IMG/VR virus record: IMGVR_UViG_2608642293_000001
Span: 1-64,000 of that record
DNA: 64,000 nt
Direction: 5' to 3' (one strand)
Origin: a virus
Taxonomy: Duplodnaviria; Caudoviricetes
In this document: positions 29,340-40,700 of the stretch, in pieces
How positions within the stretch are numbered: position 1 is the stretch's first letter
How the letters are laid out: each line of letters starts with the position of its first letter
Position numbers and translations under genes: made by a program
The notes under the pieces: model-generated
Told to the model about the DNA's origin: nothing
The model's input: the letters and a program-made list of their open reading frames with translations, nothing else
Databases searched by the model: none

Positions 29340-29684
29340 TTGGAGGTGGATTATTTGACACAGTTAGAAAAATTTAAGATAAGATTAGGCATAGACATTA
29401 CAGATATATCTAAAGATGATCTACTAAACACTATTTTAGATGATGCTGCTAATGAAATATTAGATTATTGTAATAGAGATGTTATTTTACCACGTATGGA
29501 AGGATTGCAGAAGGAGCTTGCTATAATTTATTACAATAGACAAGAACATGAAGGAGAAGTGTCTAGAAGTGAAGGCGGTGTATCTGTTTCATATTTTGCC
29601 GAAATTCCTGAAAATATTAAATCTAGACTAACAAGTTATAGAAGGCTAAAGGCGGTGAGAATGGCAAATGCGAATAACCAATAA
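29340..29684 (+). CDS. Head-tail connector (gp6/gp15-like)
   Basis: ILDYCNR...YYNRQEHEGEVSRSEGGVSVSY. Confidence 0.9.
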   Translation: MEVDYLTQLEKFKIRLGIDITDISKDDLLNTILDDAANEILDYCNRDVILPRMEGLQKELAIIYYNRQEHEGEVSRSEGGVSVSYFAEIPENIKSRLTSYRRLKAVRMANANNQ

Positions 29685-29988
29685 GAAGCCATATTACCTT
29701 AAAAGAAAAAAGAAAGTTGAAGATGATGAAGGAGGTAAATATGATAGTTATTCTGATGAGCCTATAGACATTAAAGCTAGAATATGGCCAGCAAGTGGTA
29801 AAATACAAGCTGAAATCTATGGAGAAAGATTAAAATATATAAACAATATGCTTTATGATGGCGATATAGAGCTAGTTGAGGGTGATGGAATTTGTGTTTA
29901 TGTCTCTAAAGAAAATAAACCTGACTATAGGATTATCTCTATTAAGCCTTTCTCTCATTTAACAATCGAATTGGAGAAAATAACATGA
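29668..29988 (+). CDS. Head closure protein
   Basis: Synteny; IWPASGKIQAEIYGERL. Confidence 0.75.
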   Translation: MRITNKKPYYLKRKKKVEDDEGGKYDSYSDEPIDIKARIWPASGKIQAEIYGERLKYINNMLYDGDIELVEGDGICVYVSKENKPDYRIISIKPFSHLTIELEKIT

Positions 29989-30521
29989 TAGATGGATTAA
30001 ATAGCTTATTTAGTAAATTAGATAAACTTAATGTTAATGCTAAAGAGACTCTTGAAAAATCGGTAAAAAGGAATATGAAGGAGACAGTCCAAGCAGAAGC
30101 AAAGCTATTATGCCCCGATGATATTGGAGATTTGCGTGATAGCATAAAAGTAAAGGCAGAGGTAAGAGATAGACAAATAACTGGTATAGTTTATACTAAT
30201 TCGGATCATGCAGCTTATGTTGAATTCGGAACAGGGCCTAATGGAGAAGCGCATCATGATGGAATAAGTCCTGATGTTAATATTTCTTATAAACAAGAAG
30301 GATGGATAATACCAGCAGATGCTATGTCTAAAGAAAAAGCAGAAGAATATGGTTTTAAGATTATAAAGGATAGAGGAGGGAATGTTATTGGCTATGGAAC
30401 AAAAGGTCAATACGCACAACCATTTCTATATCCTGCATTAAAAAATAATAAGGATAAAGTAATTAATGGTATTAAAGAAGATATTAATTCCACTATAAAG
30501 AAGGTGGCTAAAGGTGATTAA
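29985..30521 (+). CDS. HK97 gp10-like tail completion protein
   Basis: GDLRDSI, AAYVEFGTG, AQPFLYPAL. Confidence 0.9.
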   Translation: MIDGLNSLFSKLDKLNVNAKETLEKSVKRNMKETVQAEAKLLCPDDIGDLRDSIKVKAEVRDRQITGIVYTNSDHAAYVEFGTGPNGEAHHDGISPDVNISYKQEGWIIPADAMSKEKAEEYGFKIIKDRGGNVIGYGTKGQYAQPFLYPALKNNKDKVINGIKEDINSTIKKVAKGD

Positions 30522-30870
30522 TATAAAACCAATAATCTATAATTCTATTAAGCCTTTAAGTAGCAATGTTAATGACACATATCCAAGTGATTGGACAACT
30601 TTTCCTGTTATACAGTATATTGAGGAAGAAAATAAAACACATACTAAAACAGATGATAAAGAGCAATTGGCTTATATAAGATACAAAATAGATATATGGA
30701 ATGATAGAAGTACTTCGGATATTGCAGTAGCAGTTGATGAAGTACTTTCTAGTTTGGGGTTGAATAGGACTCAATCGCTAGATGTACCAGATACAAACAA
30801 ACTTAAACATAAAGTTATGAGATTTGAAGGGATTATAGATATAAATAATATGAGGGTTTATAACCCTTAA
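30514..30870 (+). CDS. Tail terminator protein
   Basis: FPVIQYIEE, YKIDIW, HKVMRF; synteny. Confidence 0.8.
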   Translation: MINIKPIIYNSIKPLSSNVNDTYPSDWTTFPVIQYIEEENKTHTKTDDKEQLAYIRYKIDIWNDRSTSDIAVAVDEVLSSLGLNRTQSLDVPDTNKLKHKVMRFEGIIDINNMRVYNP

Positions 30871-30887
30871 GAGAAAGGAAGATGTAA

Positions 30888-31301
30888 ATGTTAGCTAATG
30901 GAGCAAAATTAAGCTATAAAACAAATGATCAAGCTACTGAGTATACAGACCTAGAAGGATTAAAAACTATACCTGATATGGGAAATGAACCTGAAAAAGT
31001 AGAAAATACTTGCTTAACAGATACTACAAAACAATATGAATTTGGTATTGGCGATTATGGAGACTTAGAATTTTCTTTTAAGTATGAAAACAAGTCTACA
31101 ACAAGTTCATACAGGATATTAAGAAATTTTGCCGATAATAAAACAGTTGTTCCGTTTAAGCTTATTTATCCAGATGGAACAGCATTCACCTTTAAAGCAC
31201 AATGTAGTGTAAAACTTGGTGGTGGTAAAGTTAATGAAGTAATAGAATTCACCTCAAAATTAGCACTTCAAAGCAACATTGAAGTTGCAGATCCAGAGTA
31301 A
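30888..31301 (+). CDS. Major tail tube protein
   Basis: IPDMGNEPEKVENTCL, YPDGTAFTF. Confidence 0.88.
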   Translation: MLANGAKLSYKTNDQATEYTDLEGLKTIPDMGNEPEKVENTCLTDTTKQYEFGIGDYGDLEFSFKYENKSTTSSYRILRNFADNKTVVPFKLIYPDGTAFTFKAQCSVKLGGGKVNEVIEFTSKLALQSNIEVADPE

Positions 31302-31303
31302 TT

Positions 31304-31328
31304 AAGAGAGTCTTAAAGGCTCTCTTTT
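31304..31328 (+). terminator. Intrinsic terminator after the tail tube gene
   Basis: AAGAGAGTC/GGCTCTCTT hairpin plus T tract. Confidence 0.7.
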
Positions 31329-31358
31329 AAATTTTAAATAAGTTGGAGGAATTGAAAG

Positions 31359-31733
31359 ATGGGATTATACAAAACATTAAAAGTTAAGGATAAAGAATTG
31401 AAATTAAAGTTAAGAGCAAAAGATTGTGTTGATTTAGAAAACAAATTAGGAAGAAGTCCACTTGATGTGTTAATGGAATCAAATGAAGGAAGATTACCAA
31501 AAGTAGGCTTTGTTATTCTAGTTCTACAATGCAGCTTACAAGCTTACGAACATGGTTATTCGTTAGATAAAGTATATGAATTATATGATGAAATTGTAGA
31601 AGATGGTAAAGATTTAATAGATATGCTAGACATTATAACAGACATTTTTCAGGTAAGTGGTTTTTTCAACAAGGAAAAGAAGAGAGAGGAGGAGAAACAA
31701 GAGGAGGAACAGACAGTAGAACCAGCAATCTAA
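31359..31733 (+). CDS. Tail assembly chaperone (G-like)
   Basis: Lies between tail tube and tape measure; slippery site at the SGFF codons. Confidence 0.85.
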   Translation: MGLYKTLKVKDKELKLKLRAKDCVDLENKLGRSPLDVLMESNEGRLPKVGFVILVLQCSLQAYEHGYSLDKVYELYDEIVEDGKDLIDMLDIITDIFQVSGFFNKEKKREEEKQEEEQTVEPAI

Positions 31734-32104
31734 GCCTAATAAAATATTTTGAAGAATTAAAATTGATGGCACTTGAATGTGAGATATCAATTTTTTCTTT
31801 TTGGGAAATGACTTTAGAAGAAATAGTGCAATCCATTGAAGCCTATGGTAACAGAAGAAAAAATATTTTAAGAGAAAGAGCTTTAATGGATTATAAACTG
31901 GCTCTAGGCATAGGTCTTAATGTAGCTAATCTTTTTGATGATGAGAATAAGGTTCCTGAATTTGTTGAGTTTTATGCTGAACTATTTGAAGAAAAAAATA
32001 AAAAGATTCAAGAGCAAAAAAGGCTTAATGAGTTAGAGATAAATAAACAAAGGATGAAAGAATTCGCAAACTTTCATAATAAAAGATTCAGAAGGGAGGG
32101 ATAA
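31661..32104 (+). CDS. Tail assembly chaperone frameshift extension (GT-like)
   Basis: T TTT TTC at 31661-31667; the -1 frame is open from there into ORF 31763-32104. Confidence 0.8.
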   Translation, partial: FFQQGKEERGGETRGGTDSRTSNLSLIKYFEELKLMALECEISIFSFWEMTLEEIVQSIEAYGNRRKNILRERALMDYKLALGIGLNVANLFDDENKVPEFVEFYAELFEEKNKKIQEQKRLNELEINKQRMKEFANFHNKRFRREG

Positions 32105-32107
32105 TGT

Positions 32108-35100
32108 TTGGATATAGAAGAATTAAGAGTAAAGCTTGTTGCTTCAGCAGAAGGCTTTGAAACGGTTATTTCTAAAATTAAGCAACAGTTAACAGGATTA
32201 AATAAGGAAGTAGATAGAATTAATGAAAAGATTGCAGGAAAAAGAAGTAACAATAAAGATAATAATATCACACCTAAAATTGATTCAAATGATCTAGAAA
32301 AACAGTTGGATAATTTAACTAGTAAAGTTAGTTCTAAAACTGATGAAATGGTTAGAAAAATAGAAAGTAAAACACAAGGATTAATGGGAAAATTGGCAGC
32401 ACAGGCTGATAAGTTAGCAGATGCTATAGGTAGAGGTGTAGGGAGCATAAGAATTCCAGTAACACGATCTAGTGGAGAAGCTGCACCTAAAACATCTGAT
32501 GCAAGAAGAACATCATCACCAAGAGCACCGCCTAAAACAGCAACTATAAATACAGAAGAATTAAAAGCCAATATATCTAATGTTGAAGTTACTCTTGACA
32601 ATGTAAATGCGAGAATAGAATTACAGAAAGCTAAGCTTGCAGAACTAAGAGAAGCTTACAGCATGGCCTTTAATCCAAATACTAAGAATAAAATCCAAGA
32701 CCAAATGCTAAAGACGGAAGCACTTATAAACAATTTAATAAGTAGATCCAATAAGCTAGGTTTTACACTTGCTGATTTAGATGTAAAACTTGCATCTGTA
32801 GGAGGAGGCACTTCAGAAACTGCAAGTAAAATAAACAATTCTTCAAACGCAACAAGTAGATTAGAGAGTGTATCAAAGAAACTTAAAAGTGTATTTGATT
32901 CTATTAATAATTCTACTGCAAAGCTTAGTGGAAAATTAAATACTTTTTCTGGTGTTGCAAAAAAAGTTGGAAGTAATATTTCTAATGTGGCTAGTAAAAC
33001 GAAAGGATTATTCAGTGGTTTAAAAAATCTCGGATCAAGTGCTGAAAATTGTAATAAGAAATTTGAGAATATGAATCATGGTTTAAATAATGTTATGAGG
33101 CAGTTCTTTACATGGATGGTTATACTACCAATGCTAATGAAAGGGCTCAGTGAAATGGCATCCTTTTTAGGAAGTGCTCTTATGACTAATAATCAGTTTA
33201 CAACCAGTCTTAACCAAATTAAGAGTAATTTATATGCAGCATTTATGCCAATATATAACGCAATTTTGCCTGCATTAAACTCTCTTATGAGTGCTTTAGG
33301 AACAGCAACAGCATATATAGCAAGTTTCTTTAGTCAATTAGCTGGCACTACCTATGATGCAAGCTTTAAAGCTGCACAGAATCTTCAATCATCTATAGGT
33401 GCATATAACCAACAAGAAAAAGCTGCTAAAAAAGCTGCTAATGCACTAGGTACAGCAGGTAATGCAGCTAAAAAAGCTGGAAGTATGGCTAAGAATGGAT
33501 TGGCAAGCTTTGATGAAATAAATAAGTTAAGTGAAAAGACTCCTACATCCGCCGGAAGTGGAGTTGTTACACCAATAACACCAATGGCCAATATGGCACC
33601 TATTGAGGCTGTAACCGCTGAATGGGTTAAAAAGTTTAAAGACATAATGTCTAAAATATTTGATCCTATGAAAGAAGCTTGGGCCAATGAAGGTAAAGCA
33701 ACTATGGATGCACTCAAATACGCTTTGGGTAGTATTTGGGACTTAGCAAAGGATATAGGAAAGACTTTTTTAGACATTTGGGGCAACGGAACAGGTGTTA
33801 AAGTATGTACTGATATCTTAAAGCTCTTACAGACTATATTTAATATTATTGGAGATATAGCAAAAGCATTTAAAACAGCTTGGGATAACGGAGATTTAGG
33901 AAAGCAAGTCATACAAGCTTTATTTGATGCATTTGATAGTATATTAAGACTTTTAACTACTATAGGTCAAGTATTTAGGGATGTTTGGAACAGCGGTATA
34001 GGTGTAGAAATATGTACTAATATATTAAAAATCTTAAAAAATATCTTCACTATAATAGGTCAAGTTGCAGATTCATTCAATAAAGCGTTCCAATCAGATG
34101 TAGGTAAGAAGTTAGTTGAAGATATACTAGATCTGTTAAATGGCTGCTTAAGATCTATAAAAGATATAACAGAAAGTTTTTCGAAAGCTTGGGAAAGCAA
34201 TGGAGATACTATTTGTAGTGCAATTTTACTAATACTTGATAACATAGTTGGAATTATTTCTGATATAGCTAATAAGTGGGCGAATGCCTGGGAAAGTAAC
34301 GATGCAGGAAATACACTAATGGATAGCTTACTTAGTACTCTCGGAAAGATACTAACCACTATAGGTGATATAGGGCAAGGAATACGAGAAAGTTTAGGTA
34401 AAGTATCAGATGAAATTTTTCCAACAGTAATACAATTCGCTACTGATGTTTCTAATGGATTAGGCAATTTAGCTGATGGGTTTAAATTTATCTGGGATAA
34501 TGGTGGAAAACATTTATTTGATGGAATCTCACAATTAATTGCTAAAGTTGCTGAATTGATCTTAAAGATTAGTGGAAATGCTTTTTCTGACTTTAGCAAT
34601 ATATTTAAGGATCTAGCACCGATAATAGGTAAGGTTGCAGATGTTTTAGGATATCTATTAGATGGACTAGGATATTTAATTGATAAGGTTAGCCAAAACA
34701 AAGCATTGGTTGAAGGTTTAGCAATAGCTTTTGGAGCATGGGTAACTGTAATGACAGGAATGAAACTTAGTAGCCTTATAACAGATAGTGTTACGGCATT
34801 AAACACAAAGTTAGGAAATTTAAAAGATAAATTTTTTAGTTTTGGTAAATCTGAAAAAGACGCCGCTAAATCTGGACAATCAGCTATGGATAAAAATACA
34901 AAGGCGGTTAAAGAAAAAGGAACAGCATTAGAAAAAGCGGCTGCAAAAATTAAAGCATTTGATGCCGAAGCTGCAACAATGGAGAGAGGGGCATTAGCAA
35001 CCGAAAAGAATACTAAATCAGTATTACAGAAAGGGCTTGCGTTAGAAAAATCAGCAGCCAAAATTAAAGGGTTTGAAACTGAAGCTTTAACAATGGAAAA

Positions 35101-36601
35101 GGGTGCACTTGCAACTGAAAAAAGTACAAAGTCAATATTAGAAAAAGGAATGGTATTAGAAGGAACAACAACAAAAGTAACTACCTTAGGAGAAAAAATA
35201 AAATCATTAGGAGAAAAAATAAAATCATTCCCTAATATATTTAAAAACTTTGCGTCAAAAATAGCAAGCTTGCCTATAATTTCAACTATCGCTGAAACAG
35301 CAATGAGCGCATTTGGTATAGCGCTAGGAGCACTAACAAGTCCAGTAGGAATTGCTGTGATTGCAATCGGCGGATTAATAGCAGCGGGAGTAGCATTATA
35401 TGAGAATTGGGATACTGTAAAAGAATATTTAACACCAATTTGGAAGGGGATATGTGATACCGCTAAGGATGCGTGGAATGGACTTGAAAATTTCTTTTCA
35501 CAATGGGGACTAGATGTATTGGCACTTTTTACAGCTGGGCCGCTTGGAGTTATGGCTGTTGAAATTGCAAAACATTGGGATGAAATATACGCCAAAACGA
35601 CTGAAACATGGAATAGAGTTAGTGCATGGCTAGGAATCAATTGGGGAGAAATTAGTCAAAGCGCATCAACTAAATTTGGAGAAGTAAAGACTTATATAGG
35701 CCAAAAGTGGGATGAAGCTAAAACTGATGCAGAGACTAAGTGGGAAAATATTAAAACTACTCTATCAAGCAAGTGGCAATTGATTACAACTGCATCAAAT
35801 AAAACTTGGGATGATATTAAAGACTATGTATCTAAAAAATGGGATGCAGTTAACAAAGATGCGTCTGATGATTGGGAAAGCATTAAGACAACTCTTTCTA
35901 AAAAGTGGGACACCATAACAAAAACATCAAGTGATACATGGGATAATATAAAAAAATATATAAATGACAAATGGACCGAAATAAATACTGATGCACCTGG
36001 ATTATGGGATCAAATCAAAACTACGTTAGCTGGAAAGTGGAATGAAATAGCTACAACGTCTCAAGGAGTTTGGAACGGTATAGTTACTTTCTTAAATACA
36101 ACATTTTCAGGGAGTTGGAGAGATGCATGGAATGGATTGAAAGACATTGTAGGTGAAGCATTTAGTGGCTTAGAAGGTATGGTTAAAAAGCCAATTAATG
36201 CAATAATAGGTTTTGTAAACAAACTAATAGATGCTTTAAATTCAATAAAAATTGATATTCCAGATTGGATGCCAGGTAAGTATGCAGGGAAAAGTTTTAG
36301 CATGGGACTTCAACATGTACCAGCACTTGCAACTGGGGGTATAATAGATAGTCCAACTTTAGCAATGGTAGGTGAAGCAGGTAAAGAAGCTGTAATGCCA
36401 TTAGAGCGAAACACAGGTTGGATTGATGATTTAGCAGGAAAGATTGCAGGTAAAATAGGTGGAAATAATTCTTCAGGGTCAACTCAAAACAGTAGTGGAG
36501 ATGTAATCTTTATGTTGGACAGTGATGTTATTGGAAAGATCGCAATAGATCAGTTAAGGAAAGCACAAAGACAAGGTAAGATTACAGTAATACCAATTTA
36601 A
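32108..36601 (+). CDS. Tape measure protein
   Basis: 1497 aa, helical, 11-residue Trp periodicity, C-terminal LATGGIID...VGEAGKEAVMPL. Confidence 0.95.
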   Translation: MDIEELRVKLVASAEGFETVISKIKQQLTGLNKEVDRINEKIAGKRSNNKDNNITPKIDSNDLEKQLDNLTSKVSSKTDEMVRKIESKTQGLMGKLAAQADKLADAIGRGVGSIRIPVTRSSGEAAPKTSDARRTSSPRAPPKTATINTEELKANISNVEVTLDNVNARIELQKAKLAELREAYSMAFNPNTKNKIQDQMLKTEALINNLISRSNKLGFTLADLDVKLASVGGGTSETASKINNSSNATSRLESVSKKLKSVFDSINNSTAKLSGKLNTFSGVAKKVGSNISNVASKTKGLFSGLKNLGSSAENCNKKFENMNHGLNNVMRQFFTWMVILPMLMKGLSEMASFLGSALMTNNQFTTSLNQIKSNLYAAFMPIYNAILPALNSLMSALGTATAYIASFFSQLAGTTYDASFKAAQNLQSSIGAYNQQEKAAKKAANALGTAGNAAKKAGSMAKNGLASFDEINKLSEKTPTSAGSGVVTPITPMANMAPIEAVTAEWVKKFKDIMSKIFDPMKEAWANEGKATMDALKYALGSIWDLAKDIGKTFLDIWGNGTGVKVCTDILKLLQTIFNIIGDIAKAFKTAWDNGDLGKQVIQALFDAFDSILRLLTTIGQVFRDVWNSGIGVEICTNILKILKNIFTIIGQVADSFNKAFQSDVGKKLVEDILDLLNGCLRSIKDITESFSKAWESNGDTICSAILLILDNIVGIISDIANKWANAWESNDAGNTLMDSLLSTLGKILTTIGDIGQGIRESLGKVSDEIFPTVIQFATDVSNGLGNLADGFKFIWDNGGKHLFDGISQLIAKVAELILKISGNAFSDFSNIFKDLAPIIGKVADVLGYLLDGLGYLIDKVSQNKALVEGLAIAFGAWVTVMTGMKLSSLITDSVTALNTKLGNLKDKFFSFGKSEKDAAKSGQSAMDKNTKAVKEKGTALEKAAAKIKAFDAEAATMERGALATEKNTKSVLQKGLALEKSAAKIKGFETEALTMEKGALATEKSTKSILEKGMVLEGTTTKVTTLGEKIKSLGEKIKSFPNIFKNFASKIASLPIISTIAETAMSAFGIALGALTSPVGIAVIAIGGLIAAGVALYENWDTVKEYLTPIWKGICDTAKDAWNGLENFFSQWGLDVLALFTAGPLGVMAVEIAKHWDEIYAKTTETWNRVSAWLGINWGEISQSASTKFGEVKTYIGQKWDEAKTDAETKWENIKTTLSSKWQLITTASNKTWDDIKDYVSKKWDAVNKDASDDWESIKTTLSKKWDTITKTSSDTWDNIKKYINDKWTEINTDAPGLWDQIKTTLAGKWNEIATTSQGVWNGIVTFLNTTFSGSWRDAWNGLKDIVGEAFSGLEGMVKKPINAIIGFVNKLIDALNSIKIDIPDWMPGKYAGKSFSMGLQHVPALATGGIIDSPTLAMVGEAGKEAVMPLERNTGWIDDLAGKIAGKIGGNNSSGSTQNSSGDVIFMLDSDVIGKIAIDQLRKAQRQGKITVIPI

Positions 36602-36615
36602 AGGAGTGGTAATTA

Positions 36616-36966
36616 ATGCTTAAAGTTAATGGAGTAGAGATTACTGCTCCTAAGAGTTATCAGCCATCTTTAAATGATATTGATGGTGAAACAAATAGAA
36701 ATGCAAATGGAGAACTAATAAGAGATAGAATCGCAACTAAAAGGAAGTTAGAGATGGAATGGGGGCCATTAAGTCAAGATGAAACATCAACGTTATTAAA
36801 TGCTGTAGATGCTGAATTTTTTGAATGCACATTTCCAGACCCTAAAGATGGTATTATAACAAAAACTATGTATGTAGGAGATAGAACAGCACCTGCATAT
36901 TTATTTGATGAAGACAGCCAAGAAATGAGATGGAAAGGTCTTAAAATGAATTTTATAGAGAAATAG
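36616..36966 (+). CDS. Distal tail protein-like
   Basis: RNANGELIRDRIATKRKL, MYVGDR; follows the tape measure gene. Confidence 0.8.
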   Translation: MLKVNGVEITAPKSYQPSLNDIDGETNRNANGELIRDRIATKRKLEMEWGPLSQDETSTLLNAVDAEFFECTFPDPKDGIITKTMYVGDRTAPAYLFDEDSQEMRWKGLKMNFIEK

Positions 36967-36979
36967 GAGTGATTAATTT

Positions 36980-37234
36980 ATGCTAAAAACAAATAAGAAT
37001 ATAACAATTACAGGAACATCAATGGTGGGAGAGACACAAGCCTTGTTTATGAGTGCAAGTATTTCTACGGATGGAAGTAATACAGGAAATATTTCTACCT
37101 CAATTACTAATTCTAGCGTTTATACAGCTAATAAAACAGAATGCAGAAAAGATATATCTGATTTTCAAACTATGGTTTATGCGGCACAGGATGAATTAAC
37201 AGCAACTACCGCAGATAATGCAGCAACAGCTTAG
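36980..37234 (+). CDS. Small tail-region protein
   Basis: RBS AGGAGTG; terminator follows. Confidence 0.7.
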   Translation: MLKTNKNITITGTSMVGETQALFMSASISTDGSNTGNISTSITNSSVYTANKTECRKDISDFQTMVYAAQDELTATTADNAATA

Positions 37235-37293
37235 TTTATAGCACTCTTTAAAGGGTGCTTTTCTTATATTAAGATTTGGAAGGATTGATATAA

Positions 37294-37677
37294 ATGAAAA
37301 TTACAAATAGAGAATTACAAAGTAAAGTACAAGTATTAGGTATGTTATCTAATAAACAGCTACCAGTCAAAGTGAGCTACGCTATAGCTAAGAACATTAA
37401 TTCTATTAATAAGGAACTTAAGATCTTTGAAACTGAAAAAATGAAAATTATAAAAGAATATGCTATAAAGGATGAACATGGAGAACCAAAGATTAAGGAT
37501 AACAAATTTGTATTCATAGAGGGGAAGGAAGAAGAATGCGATAAAAAATATAATGAATTGCTTGATATAGAAGTAGATCTTGATGTGAGAGGAATTAATA
37601 TAGACGAATTACTTAATTCTAATGTAAATTTCACACCAGGAGAGCTAATGGAATTAGATTTTATGATATTAGAATAG
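37294..37677 (+). CDS. Tail-region hypothetical protein
   Basis: LPVKVSYAIAKNI segment, resembling small tail-region proteins of Firmicutes phages. Confidence 0.7.
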   Translation: MKITNRELQSKVQVLGMLSNKQLPVKVSYAIAKNINSINKELKIFETEKMKIIKEYAIKDEHGEPKIKDNKFVFIEGKEEECDKKYNELLDIEVDLDVRGINIDELLNSNVNFTPGELMELDFMILE

Positions 37678-37711
37678 CATGAATTAAATCTTAGGGGAAA
37701 GGAGGTTTAAT

Positions 37712-40700
37712 GTGTATAACGTATCTGATAGTTATAAAACGTTTATTAAAAAACCTTCGAGAAGTTTTGAATGTAGAATAACATTAGGAAATAGAGTATT
37801 TAATAATAGCGATATTATACAAATAGTGCCTACAGTTGTACAGGCTAGTGATCGCTTTTCTATAGGGAATACAGTTTCTCAAAGCATTGATATAACATTA
37901 AAAAATGATGGTGCAGCCTACGCAAGTGTAGGTGAAATAAAAGTTGAAATTGGACTTAAGATAAATAATTCTATAGAGTATATTCCATTTGGTACCTTTA
38001 ATATTGATGATGTTAGTAAAACAGATTATACAGTAAAACTTACTTGCTATGATAATATGGTTAAATTTGAAACTGGTTATTTCAGCAAATTAGGGAACAA
38101 TCCAACGCTACAGGAAGTTGTAAATGAATTAGCAACTATTACAGGAGTAGAATTCACTGGAACAGTACAAAACTATACAGTAACTAAATTAGAAGGTTAT
38201 ACATGCAGAGAGGTTTTAGCTTATGTAGCAAGTGTGTGTGGTGGTAATGCATATATAACAAGAGATAATAAATTTACAATAATATATCCACATGAAGTTG
38301 ATTGCACTATTACAGCAGATAATTATTTTTCTACTGGTTATAAGTTAGAAGACCAGGCTTATAAAATTGGAATGATTACATGTCAAAACAAAAGCAATAG
38401 TAATAGCGATAGTTCTGAAAGTGATGATTATGATAGTGTAAATGATAAAAATACAATATCAGTTGGTGCTTTATCTAGTGATACTATGGAACTTACGTTT
38501 GAGAATCCATGGGTAACAGAATCTATTCTTAATGATATCTACAACAAGTTAAAGAACTTTAGCTATCTTGGCTACACTTTAAAGTGGCAAGGGGATTTGT
38601 CTTTAGATGCCTTGGATATTATTACATTAGTAGATAAAAATAATGTAACAAGGAAAGCTCTTGTATTTGCTAATAAGTTAACTTATAATGGTGGACTTAG
38701 TGCAGAAACAAGTGCAAAAGGAGAAACTAAAAATTCAAATTCCTTTAGTGCTAGTGGTTCTACTAATAAGAATATAGAAAGATTATCTGTTAAGCTTTTA
38801 ATAGCAGAAAAGGCAATTATAAATAAAGCTAGTATAGCTGATTTACAAGCTAATTCGGCTAGGATAGATAAACTAGATACCAATGTAGCAACAATAAATA
38901 CAGCTCTTGTTGATTATGCTAATATTTCTAATGCAACAATAGCTGACTTGGTTGCAACTAAGGCAACAGTGTCGGACTTGACTGCGAGCGTAGCAAATAT
39001 AGATAGCGCATTAATAAATAAAGCTAATATTGCAGATTTAACTGCAGCTAATGCAACAATATCAAATTTAAGTGCGGATTTAGCAAACGTTAAGACATTA
39101 ATTAACGGAAATCTTACAAGTGCTAATATTCAATCCCTCGTGTTAACATCTAGTAAAGTGACTGTTGATAATGGATTTATTAAGAATGCCATGATAGAGA
39201 GCTTGGATGCTACTAAAATAAACACTGGTAGTTTAAACACTAGCAAAATAAGTGTAACAAGTTCTGATGGCAGTTTACTTATTGCAGGAGCTACACAACA
39301 GTTTAAAGATAAAAAAGGTAAAGTTAGAATTCAAATGGGGCAGGATGCACAGGGAAATTTTAATTTTATTCTGGTTGCAGGTGATGGAACTACAACTCTT
39401 ATAGATGGAACTGGTGTAAAAGCAAATGCTATAGCAGATAAGCTTATTAAGACTAATATGGTTGCAGATAGTGCTATAGGTGAACAGCAAATAAATTATA
39501 GTAGTTTTGTAACTGGATTTAATAAAACTACAAATACAAGCTATATAAATGCAAGTAAGGTAGCAATTAATCTTACAGGACAGACTTTAGATGTTGCATT
39601 TAATAATATTAATACTAAAGTAGATGGAGTAAAAACAACAACAGATACAAATACAACTTCCATAACAGCCATACAAGGACAGATAAGCACTTTAATATCT
39701 AATACTACAATTACAGCAACAGATGGAACTACAACACAGTTAAAAGATGCTTATAATGGAACAGTTAATACTATAAATTCTATGAAAACAAGTATTGGAG
39801 AACTTACAACAGATATTGATGCTAATACCAAAGATATTACGTCAGTAACTTCAAGAACATCAACACTTGAAACAAATTTAAGTTCTATAAGTGCTACTTT
39901 GAGCAGTACAAAATCTACAGTAGATACTCATACGACTCAAATTTCAACCGCTAATACCAATATTACTACAGCATTAAATAATGCAAGTAGTGCGGTAAGC
40001 ACCGCTAATACTGCAAACACAACAGCTAACAGTGCTAAGACTACAGCAACAACAGCAAGTACAAACGCTAGTAATGCTGTAACAACTGCAAATACAGCCA
40101 GTACTAATGCAAGCAATGCAGTAAGTACAGCCAATAAGGCAAGTACAGATGTTGCAACTTTAACTACTACAGTTACTAATACAGTAAGTAGAGTTTCTAG
40201 TTTGGAATTAACTGCTAGTGGATTAACTACTAGGGTAGGAAATACAGAGACAGCAATATCGACTATGCAAATTGGTGGAAGGAATTTATGGTTAAGAACT
40301 AAAGAATATGATGTAGTGAATGATACTAGATGGGTAGATAATAATGGCGGTTCGAGAATTAGTAGTTATACAGTATCTACATCAATAAATGGTTTTGGAG
40401 TTATTAGAATTGCTACTTGGTGGACAGATTTAAGCCAAAGAGTTACTTTAGAAGCGAATACAAATTATGTGTTGTCAGCATGGATAAAATCAGAATCAGA
40501 TACAGCATTGGCTAGCATTAACGCTTACGTAAATAGTGGTTCAACTGTTATATCGCAGAACTTCACACAAAATCAAGCAATTTCTACAACATGGACTAGA
40601 TATTGTTTTGTATTTAATTCAGGGACCTTAACAACATCAACTTGCAGATTCGAAAGCAGTAATAACAATGCATATTTAATTTATGGACTAAAATTAGAAA

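Noticed and set aside
34060-35640. 526-aa antisense ORF (and 32074-32601, 33385-33912) opposite the tape measure gene
   Set aside because: Shadow frame of an Ala/Leu/Lys-rich gene; no RBS or recognisable motif.
34900-36130. Tandem repeats in the tape measure gene (39-aa duplication, GEKIKS duplication, Trp every 11 aa)
   Set aside because: Normal tape measure periodicity; in-frame coding repeats, not CRISPR.
39960-40150. Short nucleotide repeats in the tail fibre gene
   Set aside because: They encode A/N/T/S heptads; there are no unique spacers and no cas genes.
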